A stretch of 64,000 nucleotides of DNA. Source: Alphaproteobacteria bacterium (lineage in GTDB: Bacteria > Pseudomonadota > Alphaproteobacteria > Micavibrionales > Micavibrionaceae). Position 1 is the stretch's first letter. Every line of letters starts with the position of its first letter. Below are positions 1-10,455 of the stretch, in pieces. Location: positions 965,878 to 1,029,877 of the forward strand of contig JAHDXS010000001.1 in the NCBI GenBank assembly GCA_023384135.1, given 5' to 3'. The notes below the pieces were generated by a model, which saw nothing but the letters and a program-made list of their open reading frames with translations, ran no database searches and was not told the origin of the DNA. The position numbers were made by a program, and so were the translations under genes.

Positions 1-12
1 TAGCCGGAAATT

Positions 13-327
13 TTAGGATTTTGAGAACAACTTCAAGAAACTCGGCCCGGTCTTGCAAGGAATAATCTCAACCTCACCCCAAACCTTGTTCGTGATATAG
101 GGCTCATTCTTGAGGTAGGCATCCAGCGCCGCGCGCGACTCCATCTCGAACACCATGACCGACCCGCACATCGCGCCGTCGTCATTCAAAAGCGCCGCGC
201 CATAGATCTGTTCCCCCCGCTCCAGAGCGGAATCGCACAGCGCGATATGCGCCTCCCGCACCTCCATGCGGCGGGCGAGCGCCCCCTCGTCCTTCGCATC
301 GCGCGCGATCACCACGAATTGCGGCAT
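13..327 (-). CDS. YciI-like protein (dimeric alpha/beta barrel). Inferred start is the ATG at 327-325, not the upstream ORF Met.
   Basis: C-terminal ~100 aa (MPQFVVIARDAKDEGALARRMEVREAHIA...LLNDDGAMCGSVMVFEMESRAALDAYLKNEPY) match the YciI family. The N-terminal 74 aa of the ORF are R/G-rich antisense junk over the fabI 3' end. The ATG overlaps the fabI stop as ATGA. Confidence 0.7.
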   Translation of the reverse strand: MPQFVVIARDAKDEGALARRMEVREAHIALCDSALERGEQIYGAALLNDDGAMCGSVMVFEMESRAALDAYLKNEPYITNKVWGEVEIIPCKTGPSFLKLFSKS

Positions 328-1175
328 CAGGCCGCGTCCTGAGAAGATTTGGGCGAAATGCCCGCAAGAAGCTCGGCGGTCTGCGCGGCGGAATCCACCG
401 CCACCATCCCGACAGTATGATAGCCCGCATCGACATGAAGAATTTCGCCCGTCACGCCGCTGCCCAGATCGGAAAGCAGGAACAGCCCCGCCCGCCCGAC
501 ATCCTGAATGGTGACGTTGCGCCGCAGGGGGGAATTGAGTTCGTTCCATTTCAGGATATACCGAAAATCGCCGATCCCGCTAGCAGCCAGCGTCTTGATC
601 GGGCCGGCGGAAATCGCATTGACGCGGATATTGTCCTTGCCCACGTCGGCCGCCAGATAGCGCACGGAGGCCTCCAGCGCGGCCTTCGCCACGCCCATCA
701 CGTTGTAATGCGGCATCACGCGCTCCGCCCCGTAATAGGTCAGGGTCAGAAGACTTCCGCCCTTTTCTTTCATCAGCGGATAGGCGCGTTGCGCCACGGC
801 GGTGAAGGAATAGACGGAAATATCCATGGTGCGCAGGAAGTTGGCGCGGCTGGTATTGAGGTAAAGCCCATCCAACTCGTTTTTGTCGGAAAACGCGATG
901 GCGTGAACCACGAAATCGAGCGAACCCCATTCCTTTTCCAGAACGGTAAACACGGAGTCCACGCTCGCTTCGTCGGTCACGTCGCAGGGCAGGACAATTT
1001 TCGATCCGGCTTTCTCGGCCAAGGGGCGCACACGTTTCTCAAGCGCCTCCCCCTGATAAGTGAACGCCAGTTCGGCGCCGCTATTCACGGCTTCCTCGGC
1101 AATGCCCCACGCGATCGAACGGTCGTTCGCCACGCCCATAATCAAACCACGTTTGCCTTTCAGAAATTCACTCAT
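327..1175 (-). CDS. fabI: enoyl-[acyl-carrier-protein] reductase (NADH) FabI
   Basis: 282 aa. GLIMGVANDRSIAWGIA NAD-binding N-terminus, Y..K catalytic region (MGVAKAALEASVRYLA), ISAGPIKTLAASGI. Confidence 0.9.
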   Translation of the reverse strand: MSEFLKGKRGLIMGVANDRSIAWGIAEEAVNSGAELAFTYQGEALEKRVRPLAEKAGSKIVLPCDVTDEASVDSVFTVLEKEWGSLDFVVHAIAFSDKNELDGLYLNTSRANFLRTMDISVYSFTAVAQRAYPLMKEKGGSLLTLTYYGAERVMPHYNVMGVAKAALEASVRYLAADVGKDNIRVNAISAGPIKTLAASGIGDFRYILKWNELNSPLRRNVTIQDVGRAGLFLLSDLGSGVTGEILHVDAGYHTVGMVAVDSAAQTAELLAGISPKSSQDAA

Positions 1176-1363
1176 CTCTCACGTCACAAATTTTAATGTC
1201 AGCCCCCTGTATCCTACACATTTCAGGTGTTGCGTCTAGAGGCCAGAGCCACGTTTTTGCATAAGCGGCCCGCGCGGGACCCCCTCATTTTATCCTGCAG
1301 GATTTTTTGCTAGAATGCGGACTTGATTGCTAAATCCCCGAAAGCGCGGCTATAGTCTTTGGC

Positions 1364-2929
1364 ATGACGGTTGATCGTAAAACGGCACTTCATATCTGCA
1401 AGGTGATAGCGCGCCAGATCGAGAACGGCTACCCCGATCTGCACTTGAATTTCATTGTGCACGAGGAACATAAGCGTCAAAAGGCGGTCGTGCGCGAAAC
1501 CGAAAACATACAGGAACACCCCGCCGGCCAGACCCTGCTCGACTACATCCTCGCCAGCAAGGACAAGGAGATTACCGGAAACCGCTCCAAATTTGTCGGC
1601 CTCGCCCAGCACAACAACCCCGGAATCCTTGGCTTCTTCCGCTCCACCGCCACGATGGGGATTTTCTTCGTTAACTGCGACCGCTTCAATACGCAAGAAG
1701 ACCTCAAAAACCATGCACTTCACATGGTCTGGCATGCGCTGGCGGTCTATGACGATTTCAACGCCGCCCAGAAGATGATGCACCAGAAGGCGGGAACGCT
1801 TCCGGCTCCCAGACGCAAGAAACCGGACGGGCAAAGCCAAAAAAACAAAGCACCCGCCGCCGGAACGCAAGAACAATCCCCCGAATCCCGGCTGGAGATT
1901 CAAGACGGCGTGATTGTCACGAAACTGGAAACACAGGACCTATACCACCGCAACCTTCTGGCCGATATTTTCTCGGCAACGTTCCAGGCCATCCACGGCA
2001 CAGAAAACGCCATCCGCAATCTGGCCAAGCAGCGGATGCTCGACACGCTAACCCCGCAGATCGGCTTCATTTCAGAGCGCTACCCCTACCCCGTCAGCAT
2101 GGAAACGCTCGAACTTCTCTTTTCCGAAAGCATCAGCGCCTCGGGCAAAAAAGAAAAGGGGGTCGCCCTCGCCGTTCGAATTACCCGCGAAATCGGCATG
2201 ACCTACAAAATCAACGCGATAAAGCAGTGGCGCGCCTTCTGTGTTCCGGCACAGGAAATGGCGTGGTGTGGTTTCGACCCCGAAACCATCCTCGGCGCTG
2301 CGATTTACACAAACGAAAACACCTATGTCCGCTCCATCGCCGACATGGTGTCCGAACATCTTGAAATCAAACCGAAAATATTTTCAAACCTGAACGATTA
2401 CAACCCTTTTGCCGATCAGGAAATGAACAAGCGGCTGCATGAAAAAATGGCGATGGAAAGCTTCAAGACCGCGATGGAAAAAATACGGACGCCCGAAGAT
2501 CACCGGATGCTCCTGAACGAAGCCTTCGCCCAGTGCCAGAAACTCAGAGCCGGCAACCCGGTCGGCTGGTCGGCACATGCCCTTCTCAACTTGATCGACG
2601 AAGTGATCCTGCTTGATGCGAAGACGCTGGCGCAGCAAAAGGCGCGCCTGCTAAACCTCTATGAACAGCAGCTCCAGCGCGTAAGCTGGGAAAATCTCCG
2701 CACGTTCGCGCGCTTTATCTTCCGCCAGCGCCGCGACGGCCATGAAATTACCCCTGCCATGATCGCCTCGATTCCCGGAAAGACCGAGGATCTGGTCATC
2801 ATCAAGGAAACCTTCGCCAAACTCGATGAAATGTCCGCACTCGCCGAAGCTGCGAGCGAACAGCACGGTAACAAAACCGGCACGCAGGGCAGCTTCGCAC
2901 GCTTCATCAGCCCCAACGCGCTGAAGTAA
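1364..2929 (+). CDS. hypothetical protein (521 aa, no recognisable domain)
   Basis: Long uninterrupted ORF with balanced composition in native GC. No motif recognised. Confidence 0.6.
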   Translation: MTVDRKTALHICKVIARQIENGYPDLHLNFIVHEEHKRQKAVVRETENIQEHPAGQTLLDYILASKDKEITGNRSKFVGLAQHNNPGILGFFRSTATMGIFFVNCDRFNTQEDLKNHALHMVWHALAVYDDFNAAQKMMHQKAGTLPAPRRKKPDGQSQKNKAPAAGTQEQSPESRLEIQDGVIVTKLETQDLYHRNLLADIFSATFQAIHGTENAIRNLAKQRMLDTLTPQIGFISERYPYPVSMETLELLFSESISASGKKEKGVALAVRITREIGMTYKINAIKQWRAFCVPAQEMAWCGFDPETILGAAIYTNENTYVRSIADMVSEHLEIKPKIFSNLNDYNPFADQEMNKRLHEKMAMESFKTAMEKIRTPEDHRMLLNEAFAQCQKLRAGNPVGWSAHALLNLIDEVILLDAKTLAQQKARLLNLYEQQLQRVSWENLRTFARFIFRQRRDGHEITPAMIASIPGKTEDLVIIKETFAKLDEMSALAEAASEQHGNKTGTQGSFARFISPNALK

Positions 2930-3189
2930 TTAAACCTTCCTATAAAAACGTTCACCCGTTCTCTAGTCATTCTTATGATTGCCCGACTGCTCGGTGGCTG
3001 AGCGCGTCTTGTCGTCCGTCGAAAGCGGCTGATCCAGCACATGCGACAGGACGATGTACAAAAACCAAATCAGCAAGCCGGTCCGGGCCGTCAGCAGCAC
3101 AACGCGAAGGACCAGATTGATGCGAAATTCTCTTCCCACGGCTTGCAACATCCCCTCAAAGACGCCGGTTTCAACCCCCAAAACAAAGA

Positions 3190-3215
3190 AGGCCGCGCTT
3201 AGAAACGCGGCCCCC
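3190..3215 (-). terminator. rho-independent terminator downstream of the 17 kDa antigen gene
   Basis: GCCGCG-cttagaaa-CGCGGC hairpin preceded on the + strand by an A-rich tract, which is a U-tract on the - strand. Confidence 0.5.
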
Positions 3216-3237
3216 CTCGATAATCTTCAAACCGGGA

Positions 3238-3714
3238 TTACTGGACGATCTGCCAGCTTCCGTCCGGCTGGCGACAAGCCACGCCATAGGCCGATTCTTC
3301 GCGTCCGCCGACATAGATCGTCTGCTGGAACTCGCGGCAGTAACGACCGCTCTGGCTGTAACCGTCTTTTGTGGCGACAACCTGCCCGTAATTTCCGGTC
3401 TCTGGGTTGCTCCAGCTGATCGGCTCGCCGATCGGAGCGTTCTGCGCCTGATAGTTGGCCTGAGAGGCGTACTGCTGGTCAGCGCGGTCAAGCGACTTGC
3501 CGATCTCACTGCCCACTAAAGCGCCAAGCAAGGCGCCCGCGCCGGTCGCCCAAAGCTGCCCGGACCCGTCGCCGATCTTGGAACCGAGAAGTCCCCCGAC
3601 CACAGCGCCGCCGCCGGTCCCGATCAACTGTTTCGTGCCGGTGTTGTTCATCGTCTCACAACCCGTGAGGGCAAGAGAGGAGACCACCATGGCCACAAGT
3701 GCTATTTTCTTCAT
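3238..3714 (-). CDS. 17 kDa surface antigen family / glycine-zipper lipoprotein
   Basis: Start reassigned to MKKIALVAMVVSSLALTGC (lipobox LTGC) with upstream AAGGA. Gly-zipper segment GGGAVVGGLLGSKIGDGSGQLWATGAGALLGALVGSEIG typical of the Rick_17kDa_Anti family. Confidence 0.8.
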   Translation of the reverse strand: MKKIALVAMVVSSLALTGCETMNNTGTKQLIGTGGGAVVGGLLGSKIGDGSGQLWATGAGALLGALVGSEIGKSLDRADQQYASQANYQAQNAPIGEPISWSNPETGNYGQVVATKDGYSQSGRYCREFQQTIYVGGREESAYGVACRQPDGSWQIVQ

Positions 3715-3854
3715 CCAATGAGTCCTTTGCTTCTGGAATAAACTCTGCATTTCTATACTATAGCCGCTCACAACGCAGCGTGACAATGCTACGTGTATAA
3801 AGGAAAAACCCTCCGCAGGGAAAAATTTTTCTAAAAAACCAAAGAGCAAAGAAT

Positions 3855-4457
3855 ATGGAAAAGGAAACGATCGAACTTCCGGAAGCCCCCCTCCCGCTCT
3901 TCCATAAGTGGTTTGCAGAGGCCCAAACCGGGGAGCCGAACGACCCGGACGCCATGGCTCTAGCCACCGCCACCCCGGACGGACGGCCGATCGTGCGTAT
4001 GGTCCTTCTTAAACAGGCCGATGAACGCGGCTTTAAGTTCCATAGCAACGAACAAAGCTTCAAGGGCCGCCATCTGGCCGCCAACCCGCACGCTGCGCTG
4101 TGCTTTCACTGGAAATCCCTGCGCAGGCAGATTTGCGTGCAGGGAAAGGTCGAAATCGCGCCGGAGGCGGAGGCCGACGAATACTTCGCAACCCGCCCGT
4201 ATGAACGCCAGATCGGCGCATGGGCCTCCGACCAATCGCGCCCGCTGGAAAACCGACAAATTCTGGAAAAAAAGATCGATACCCTAAAAGGCCAGTACCC
4301 CGAGGGCAAAGTGCCGCGCCCGCCCCAATGGGTGGGCTACATCCTCAAACCCGAGCGGATCGAATTCTGGTGGAGCCACCGTGACCGTCTGCATGACCGA
4401 TTCGAATACAAAAAGGGCGCAGATGGCCTGTGGACCATCCAACGCCTTTACCCTTGA
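3855..4457 (+). CDS. pdxH: pyridoxamine 5'-phosphate oxidase PdxH
   Basis: 200 aa. RMVLLK, FHSN, ERIEFW...DRLHDRF motifs of PNPOx. Confidence 0.88.
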   Translation: MEKETIELPEAPLPLFHKWFAEAQTGEPNDPDAMALATATPDGRPIVRMVLLKQADERGFKFHSNEQSFKGRHLAANPHAALCFHWKSLRRQICVQGKVEIAPEAEADEYFATRPYERQIGAWASDQSRPLENRQILEKKIDTLKGQYPEGKVPRPPQWVGYILKPERIEFWWSHRDRLHDRFEYKKGADGLWTIQRLYP

Positions 4458-4489
4458 TTCCCCAGAAAAACAGCGCCATAAATGGCCCC

Positions 4490-6466
4490 ATGAGCAAAAA
4501 CATGAACAGCGCGAAACAAACCGAAACACCCCAACCCGGCGAACAGAGTTTTACCGCAGACGTTGCCCGGCTTCTGGATATCGTCGCCAACGCGCTTTAT
4601 ACGAACCACGATGTCTTCCTGCGCGAACTGATCTCTAACGCCGCGGACGCCTGCGACCGCTTACGGTACGACTCGATTCAGAACCCCAGCCTCATTAAAG
4701 ACAACCCGGATTTCCGCATTCATGTCTTCAAGGACACCAAAGACCGTACCCTCAGTGTGATCGATAACGGCATCGGCATGAGCGCGCAGGAAATGGCCGA
4801 TAACCTTGGCACAATAGCTAAATCAGGCACCGCCGCCCTTATGAAACAGATGAAGGAGCAAGGCGCAAGCGCTGATCTCAAGCTGATCGGCCAGTTCGGC
4901 GTGGGCTTTTACGCGGGCTTCATGGTCGCGCATAAAATCCGCGTCGTCAGCAAAAAGGCAGGAGAACCAAGCGCCTTCACGTGGGAATCCGACGGCCGCA
5001 CGGGCTACACGGTCCGCGAAGCCACCAGCGATGAGACCGCCACCCTCGACGGCGCACGTGGCACCGCCATACACCTTGATCTTAAAAACGAGGCCTGTGA
5101 TTTCCTTCTGGACGAAAAAATCAAGATGACCGTCCACATGTACTCCGACCACATCAGCGTTCCGATTTATATGGGAACACCCCATGACACGAAGCACGAT
5201 CAGTCGGAAAAGCTGAACACCGCGTCTGCGCTCTGGATGCGCCCGAAAAACGAAATAACGGCAGAGCAATACACCGAATTCTACCGCCACCTTACGGGCG
5301 GCTTCGATGAACCGAGCATGACCGCGCATTGGCGCGCTGAAGGCAAGATCGAATTCACCGGCCTGCTCTTCATCCCGACCCTGCGCCCGTGGGATCTGTT
5401 CGACCCCTCCCGCCGCCATTTCGTTAAGCTCTACGTCCGCCGGGTCTTTATTTCCGAGGATGTAAACACGTTGATGTACCCCTGGCTGCGCTTCGTTCGC
5501 GGGATAATCGACAGCGAGGACCTGCCCCTCAACATCAGCCGCGAAAGCCTGCAATTCAATCCTGTAGTCAGCAAGATCAGAAGCGCGGTCGCAAAACGCG
5601 TCCTGACCGACCTCGACAAGCTCTCGCAAATCGACCCGCCGACCTTCGCGTCCATCTGGGGCCAGTTCGGCGCCGTGCTGAAGGAAGGGCTTTACGACGC
5701 GCCCGAACACCGCATGGAGCTTCTGAAGGTCTGCCGCTTTTTCAGCAGCCACGATAACGGCGAACGGCTGACCAGCCTTGAGGATTATATCGCCCGCATA
5801 AAAGAAGGGCAGGAGCAGATTTTCTATATTACCGGGGAGTCCCTGAACGCCCTGCGAAACAGCCCCCAGCTTGAGGGCTTCCGCGACCGCGGCCTAGAAG
5901 TCATCTTCCTCACCGACACAATCGATGATTTCTGGCTGCAAAAAGTTTTAGATTTCAACGGCAAGCCCTTTAAATCTATAACAAAAGGCCATGTAGACCT
6001 CGACGTTTACGATTTCAAAACGAAACAGAACGATCAAAAAGACACAACCGAACAACCAGACAAAAAGAATGAACAAGACGCCGCGAATATCGGCGGCCTG
6101 ATTGTCCGGCTGGCCAATATCCTGCGCGACCGGGTGCAGAACGTGCGTCGGTCGCAGCGCCTCTCCGGCTCACCCGTTTGCCTCGTCGCCGCAGACAACA
6201 GCGTAGACATGCACATGGAGCGCGTCCTGAAAATCCACCAAAAATACGAGGCCAGCACCAAACCCGTCTTGGAAATCAACCCCAACCACCCGCTCATCAA
6301 GCTTCTGGCGCAACAGGCGCAGGCTGGCGCGGATATTGCCGAAGCCGCAGACCTTCTCCTCGATCAGGCCTTCATCATTCAGGGCGAACCGCTGGCCGAT
6401 CCATCGGCCTTCGCCCGCCGGATGTCGGAGATCATGCTCCGCGCACTCGAGGGAAGCAAAAGCTAA
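4490..6466 (+). CDS. htpG: molecular chaperone HtpG (Hsp90). Start trimmed to MSKNM.
   Basis: FLRELISNAADACDRLRY, IGQFGVGFYAGFMVA, C-terminal dimerisation region. The ORF Met at 4430 overlaps pdxH and precedes the conserved N-terminus by too much. Confidence 0.9.
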   Translation: MSKNMNSAKQTETPQPGEQSFTADVARLLDIVANALYTNHDVFLRELISNAADACDRLRYDSIQNPSLIKDNPDFRIHVFKDTKDRTLSVIDNGIGMSAQEMADNLGTIAKSGTAALMKQMKEQGASADLKLIGQFGVGFYAGFMVAHKIRVVSKKAGEPSAFTWESDGRTGYTVREATSDETATLDGARGTAIHLDLKNEACDFLLDEKIKMTVHMYSDHISVPIYMGTPHDTKHDQSEKLNTASALWMRPKNEITAEQYTEFYRHLTGGFDEPSMTAHWRAEGKIEFTGLLFIPTLRPWDLFDPSRRHFVKLYVRRVFISEDVNTLMYPWLRFVRGIIDSEDLPLNISRESLQFNPVVSKIRSAVAKRVLTDLDKLSQIDPPTFASIWGQFGAVLKEGLYDAPEHRMELLKVCRFFSSHDNGERLTSLEDYIARIKEGQEQIFYITGESLNALRNSPQLEGFRDRGLEVIFLTDTIDDFWLQKVLDFNGKPFKSITKGHVDLDVYDFKTKQNDQKDTTEQPDKKNEQDAANIGGLIVRLANILRDRVQNVRRSQRLSGSPVCLVAADNSVDMHMERVLKIHQKYEASTKPVLEINPNHPLIKLLAQQAQAGADIAEAADLLLDQAFIIQGEPLADPSAFARRMSEIMLRALEGSKS

Positions 6467-6508
6467 GGCCCTTGGCATTAAAAAAAGTGAAAAAAGAAGA
6501 GACAGGAT

Positions 6509-7564
6509 TTAAGGGTTGCAGGTTCCCGCCGCGGCCACACTGCCGCCTTGCTGATACCAGCATCCGGGAGCCGGACAGACCGCGTCCGTGTAGGTTCCGA
6601 CGCCCGGTCGGTTGACGATCAGGCCGGTTCTGACAGGCACAAGAGCGCCGCAGGCCGCAGGATCAAGAAGATTCCAGAATGAAAGCGAACTGTCCGCCCC
6701 TCCCGCCGCGCCGGGCGCAGGGTTAGCCGCCGGAAAAGCCGTAGCCCATTCAGTCGGCACTCCACCGCCCCACGGCCACCCCGGAGGTATGGGCAAGGAA
6801 GGAAAGCCGTGAATGATGAAGTTACAGGCAACATCGGCAAAATCGGTATCCAGATCGGTACATTCGACCGGCAATTGGCGGTAATCGTTGTCGGCAGCCT
6901 CGGTCGCCCGATACTGGTCAAAAATGAAAAACGCATCATGCGAACGCGTCTGGAAATTGTAACATTTGGCAGCATCCCAAACCTGCCGCATCCGGTTACA
7001 GGTATAGTTCGAATCGCTGATACTGTCACTCAACGCGCCGCTCAGACCCGAACGACCGCCGAGCATGGTGTGGTCGAAATTCGCATCGATGTAATGATCC
7101 CGGCCGCAAATCGCAGCCTCCGGCCCGCCCGCATCCGCAATAGACAAAACGGATACCCCGTCCTCAAGAGAGTCCAGAATAAGAATTTCAAGGACGCTGT
7201 TCATGTCCAGACCATCGGTCAGGGCGGGGTCCAGCAACCCCGGAATCTGGCGTATCAAAACGTAAAGATCATAAAAAATACCGCCCGTGCCGTCAGGGTC
7301 TTCCGGCCCGCCATTTTCGGAATAACGGGCAAGGTGGTCCATATAATTGTCAAAGCAGATGTAGGACAGAACGCTGTCCGGCTTGGCGATCAGGTTCTGA
7401 TTCTGGGTAATTTCCCGGTTGGCCTCCTCCCAGGCGCGGGCGCGCAGCACGTCCCAGAAGTTAACATCGCAGGTCGGCGGAACGGCGGCAGCCCCGGCAT
7501 ACGCCGCGGTGGAAGACACCATGAGCAAACAGGCAACCGCAAAAGCCCTGAAAACTGAGAACAA
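6509..7564 (-). CDS. secreted Cys-rich hypothetical protein
   Basis: Signal peptide MFSVFRAFAVACLLMVSSTAAYAGA. About 14 Cys. Pro/Gly-rich C-terminus. Confidence 0.6.
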   Translation of the reverse strand: MFSVFRAFAVACLLMVSSTAAYAGAAAVPPTCDVNFWDVLRARAWEEANREITQNQNLIAKPDSVLSYICFDNYMDHLARYSENGGPEDPDGTGGIFYDLYVLIRQIPGLLDPALTDGLDMNSVLEILILDSLEDGVSVLSIADAGGPEAAICGRDHYIDANFDHTMLGGRSGLSGALSDSISDSNYTCNRMRQVWDAAKCYNFQTRSHDAFFIFDQYRATEAADNDYRQLPVECTDLDTDFADVACNFIIHGFPSLPIPPGWPWGGGVPTEWATAFPAANPAPGAAGGADSSLSFWNLLDPAACGALVPVRTGLIVNRPGVGTYTDAVCPAPGCWYQQGGSVAAAGTCNP

Positions 7565-7679
7565 AATCCTTAGCCCCGATAAAGTGACACGTGCAACAAG
7601 CTACTTTAGCATACAGAAAAAGCCTCTGCCTAGTTTCCTGTGTATTTTTTAACACTTGGAACCAGTCCGCCGCTCTCCC

Positions 7680-8111
7680 TCAAAACATCCCCTGATAATG
7701 GCGCCCGGCCATCTCCGCGACTTCTTCGTCCGAAAACCCGTATTGACGCCCGATTTCCTCGATCATAACCTGCCGGATCAGCTTGGTCAGATCGTCGCCC
7801 GTATCACACCACATATCCAAGACAGATCGACGGTAAATAACCAGCATATCAGCGGTTTCAGAGCTCTTTTTTTCAACGCCCGGCGAAATTTCCTTGCCGT
7901 TGCGATAAATCGCCAAAAGATCGTAAGGATCGTCAAGATCAAGCTCAATCTCTGTGGCTTCATCGACAAAATCCTCTACGATAACTTGCAAATCCTTGCA
8001 AAATCCCACCAACTCCTCTGGAATATCGTCAAAAATGGAGTTCGCCAGCGCCTGAAGATCATCAACACTGGGCGCAACCGTATAGTTCATTATGATCTGC
8101 CGCGTATCCAT
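7680..8111 (-). CDS. Zincin_1/DUF1025-like small protein with degenerate metal-binding motif
   Basis: Architecture (IPEEL...DDPYDLLAIY...MLVIYRRSVLD...) resembles the small 'possible zinc metallopeptidase' family. The HEIGHHFGLSDEE position reads EEIGRQYGFSDEE. Confidence 0.45.
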   Translation of the reverse strand: MDTRQIIMNYTVAPSVDDLQALANSIFDDIPEELVGFCKDLQVIVEDFVDEATEIELDLDDPYDLLAIYRNGKEISPGVEKKSSETADMLVIYRRSVLDMWCDTGDDLTKLIRQVMIEEIGRQYGFSDEEVAEMAGRHYQGMF

Positions 8112-8323
8112 GCGGGTCTGCCTCTGTATTTGGCCACGGATGCCTGATTCTCGTTTGCTAACCCTCAGATTCTACGATTCTTTATGATAACCGACAACGG
8201 CGTATGGAAAATAATACCCAACTTTTGATGTAAAACCCGTTGAAAACATGAACAATTTAGGTTTTTTCATCGAAAGTTAAGAAAAAATGCTGTATATTGA
8301 AACATGTTGAAAGGAGTTCGACA

Positions 8324-8500
8324 GTGAATATCCCTGCCACCATCGCCGCCGAAACCGCCCTCGCCCGTCAAAACGTGGCGCTTTCCGTCATCAAGCAAAA
8401 TGCCGAACAGGCCCAGCAAGTCGCCAAAATCCTTGAGGAATCCGCAACCACGGTTGCGGCGCTCTCTGGCCGTGGCGCGCGCCTTGATGTAAAAGCTTAA
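8324..8500 (+). CDS. YjfB-family putative motility protein (start reassigned to GTG with AAAGGAG RBS)
   Basis: NIPATIAAETALARQNVALSVIKQNAEQAQQVAKILEE resembles YjfB_motility. AAAGGAG sits 7 nt upstream of GTG at 8324. Confidence 0.6.
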   Translation: MNIPATIAAETALARQNVALSVIKQNAEQAQQVAKILEESATTVAALSGRGARLDVKA

Positions 8501-8680
8501 GCTAAAAAATCGGCAAGTAAAAACCCGCCTTTGTGATCTGTATTTGCTGCGCCGCACGCTAAAATATTTGCATTGACATAAAAATCGGCCAAATGATACT
8601 TTTTTACCCATATCGGATACAGGGTTCGATAAGCACGGAAACGTGGATAATTTATAACTTAAAGAAAACAGGGGTGTGTT

Positions 8681-9163
8681 ATGTCTGAAGTCGTCTCTCA
8701 GGAATCCGGCGCAGAAGCCGAAGCCAAAAAGGATCCGCGTCTTGATCCCGGCTATTTTATCGTTCAAATCGAAACCCACGACCCGAGGCTTGCGGCGCTC
8801 TTTACGAATAAATCCGCCAAGGTTCCCACTTTTGGCATTCATGACGTGACGCCCGCGCGCGAATTCAACGCGCTCAACGACCTTAAGCGCAGCGCGAGCA
8901 ACATCGACACGGTCCTAAGAGAAGACGGAACCCTCCAGGTCACTTTGGCCGTGGACGAATACACGGCGGAAGACGCCCTCACCTTCTCGGTTATGACCCA
9001 CGGCAGCAAAGACGAGCAGCGCCCGCTGCTCGACAAGGTCGTCTATCGCGGCAGCAATCAGGACTTCCAGCGCGTATCCGAACATAATGGCCGGCGCTCC
9101 GCAGTCGAACATCTCGGTCAGGACGTCCCCTACCTGATCGACCTCGACCACGACCCGTCGTAA
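8681..9163 (+). CDS. hypothetical protein (160 aa)
   Basis: ORF with AGGGG RBS. A sigma70-like TTGACA...TGATACTTT promoter lies ~90 bp upstream. Confidence 0.5.
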   Translation: MSEVVSQESGAEAEAKKDPRLDPGYFIVQIETHDPRLAALFTNKSAKVPTFGIHDVTPAREFNALNDLKRSASNIDTVLREDGTLQVTLAVDEYTAEDALTFSVMTHGSKDEQRPLLDKVVYRGSNQDFQRVSEHNGRRSAVEHLGQDVPYLIDLDHDPS

Positions 9164-9181
9164 GGGTTGAAAAAATTCACC

Positions 9182-9208
9182 AAAAAAGGCGCTCACAGCG
9201 CCTTTTTT
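9182..9208. terminator. bidirectional rho-independent terminator between convergent genes
   Basis: AAAAAA-GGCGCT-caca-GCGCC-TTTTTT. Confidence 0.65.
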
Positions 9209-9231
9209 ATTGTCCGCAAAAAACGAAGGCT

Positions 9232-10455
9232 TTAAGCCACGGCCCGCAGGGCGTGATGGCTGTTCCACATATGCTCCAGCGTTCCGGCCATAAACCGCAC
9301 ATCTTCGATGGAATGCGCCGCCGTGGCGGTGAGGCGCAGCCGCTCCGTCCCCTTCGGCACGGTCGGGAAATTAATCGGCTGGGCGTAGATATTGTAATCG
9401 CGCAGCAGCATGTCGCTCACCTCGCGGCAGCAATTCGGCTCCCCGACAATCAGCGGGACGATATGGCTTTCCCCGCGCAGGAACGGCAAATCCGCCCGCG
9501 TCAGTAAATCCTTGAACAGTTCAACGTTGCGACGCATCCGCATCCGCTCGACATCCGAAACCTTGAGATGCTCGACAGCAGCCCTCGCGGCAGCCAGAAC
9601 AGCGGGCGGCAGGCTGGTCGTGAAAATGAAGCTGGACGCATAGGAGCGCACGGCGTCCACCACCGGGGCGCTGCCCGTTATAAACCCGCCCATCGCGCCG
9701 TAAGCCTTGCCGAACGTCCCCTCGATCACGTCGATCCGGTCCATAAGGCCCATCTGCTCGGCGACGCCGCCGCCACGCGGCCCGTAAAGCCCGACACCGT
9801 GAACCTCGTCCAGATATGTCATGGCGTTGTATTTCTCGGCCAGATCACAGATCTCCTTGATCGGCGCGATATCGCCCTCCATCGAATAGACGGACTCAAA
9901 CGCAATCAGCTTGGGCCGCTTCGGATCGACCGATTTCAGCAGCTCTTCAAGATGCTCGACATCGTTATGCCTGAAAATTTTCTTCTCGGCCTTGCTCTCC
10001 TTCATCCCGTGGATCATGGAGGCGTGGTTGAGTTCGTCGGAAAAGATTACGCAGTCGGGCAGCAACCGGGCCAGCGTCCCCAGCGCGCCCTGATTGGCGA
10101 CATAGCCGGAGGAAAACACCAGCGCGGCCTGTTTGTTGTGCAGATCGGCCAGCGAGGCTTCAAGCTCGACGTGATAGCGCGTGGTACCGGAAATATTACG
10201 CGTCCCCCCCGCCCCGGCGCCGCAGGCGTCCAGAGCTTCGTGCGCGGCCTTCAGGACAACGGGATGCTGCCCCATGCCCAGATAATCGTTGCTGCACCAG
10301 ATGGTGATCTCGCGGACCGAACCGTCCGGCGCGTGGTATTTGGCTCTCGGAAACCGCCCGGCAATCCGCTCCATCGTGGCGAAAACTCGGTAGCGCCCCT
10401 CTTGCTTGACTTTATCGACGCATTGCTGGAATTCGCGGTCGTAATCAATCGTCAT
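9232..10455 (-). CDS. hemA: 5-aminolevulinate synthase (alpha-proteobacterial ALAS)
   Basis: 407 aa. [16 protein letters not shown]-lysine region [12 protein letters not shown], typical ALAS length. Confidence 0.9.
   Translation of the reverse strand: MTIDYDREFQQCVDKVKQEGRYRVFATMERIAGRFPRAKYHAPDGSVREITIWCSNDYLGMGQHPVVLKAAHEALDACGAGAGGTRNISGTTRYHVELEASLADLHNKQAALVFSSGYVANQGALGTLARLLPDCVIFSDELNHASMIHGMKESKAEKKIFRHNDVEHLEELLKSVDPKRPKLIAFESVYSMEGDIAPIKEICDLAEKYNAMTYLDEVHGVGLYGPRGGGVAEQMGLMDRIDVIEGTFGKAYGAMGGFITGSAPVVDAVRSYASSFIFTTSLPPAVLAAARAAVEHLKVSDVERMRMRRNVELFKDLLTRADLPFLRGESHIVPLIVGEPNCCREVSDMLLRDYNIYAQPINFPTVPKGTERLRLTATAAHSIEDVRFMAGTLEHMWNSHHALRAVA

Noticed and set aside
2963-3181. 72 aa minus-strand ORF with one hydrophobic segment downstream of the 17 kDa antigen gene
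   Set aside because: It starts inside the U-tract of the upstream terminator, has no RBS, and is not conserved-looking. Probably spurious.
4430-4489. Upstream extension of htpG to the Met at 4430
   Set aside because: It would overlap pdxH by 28 nt and add 20 non-conserved residues. The MSKNM start fits the Hsp90 N-terminal alignment.
4823-5752. 309 aa minus-strand ORF
   Set aside because: Antisense to htpG with A/G/R-rich composition and no motif.
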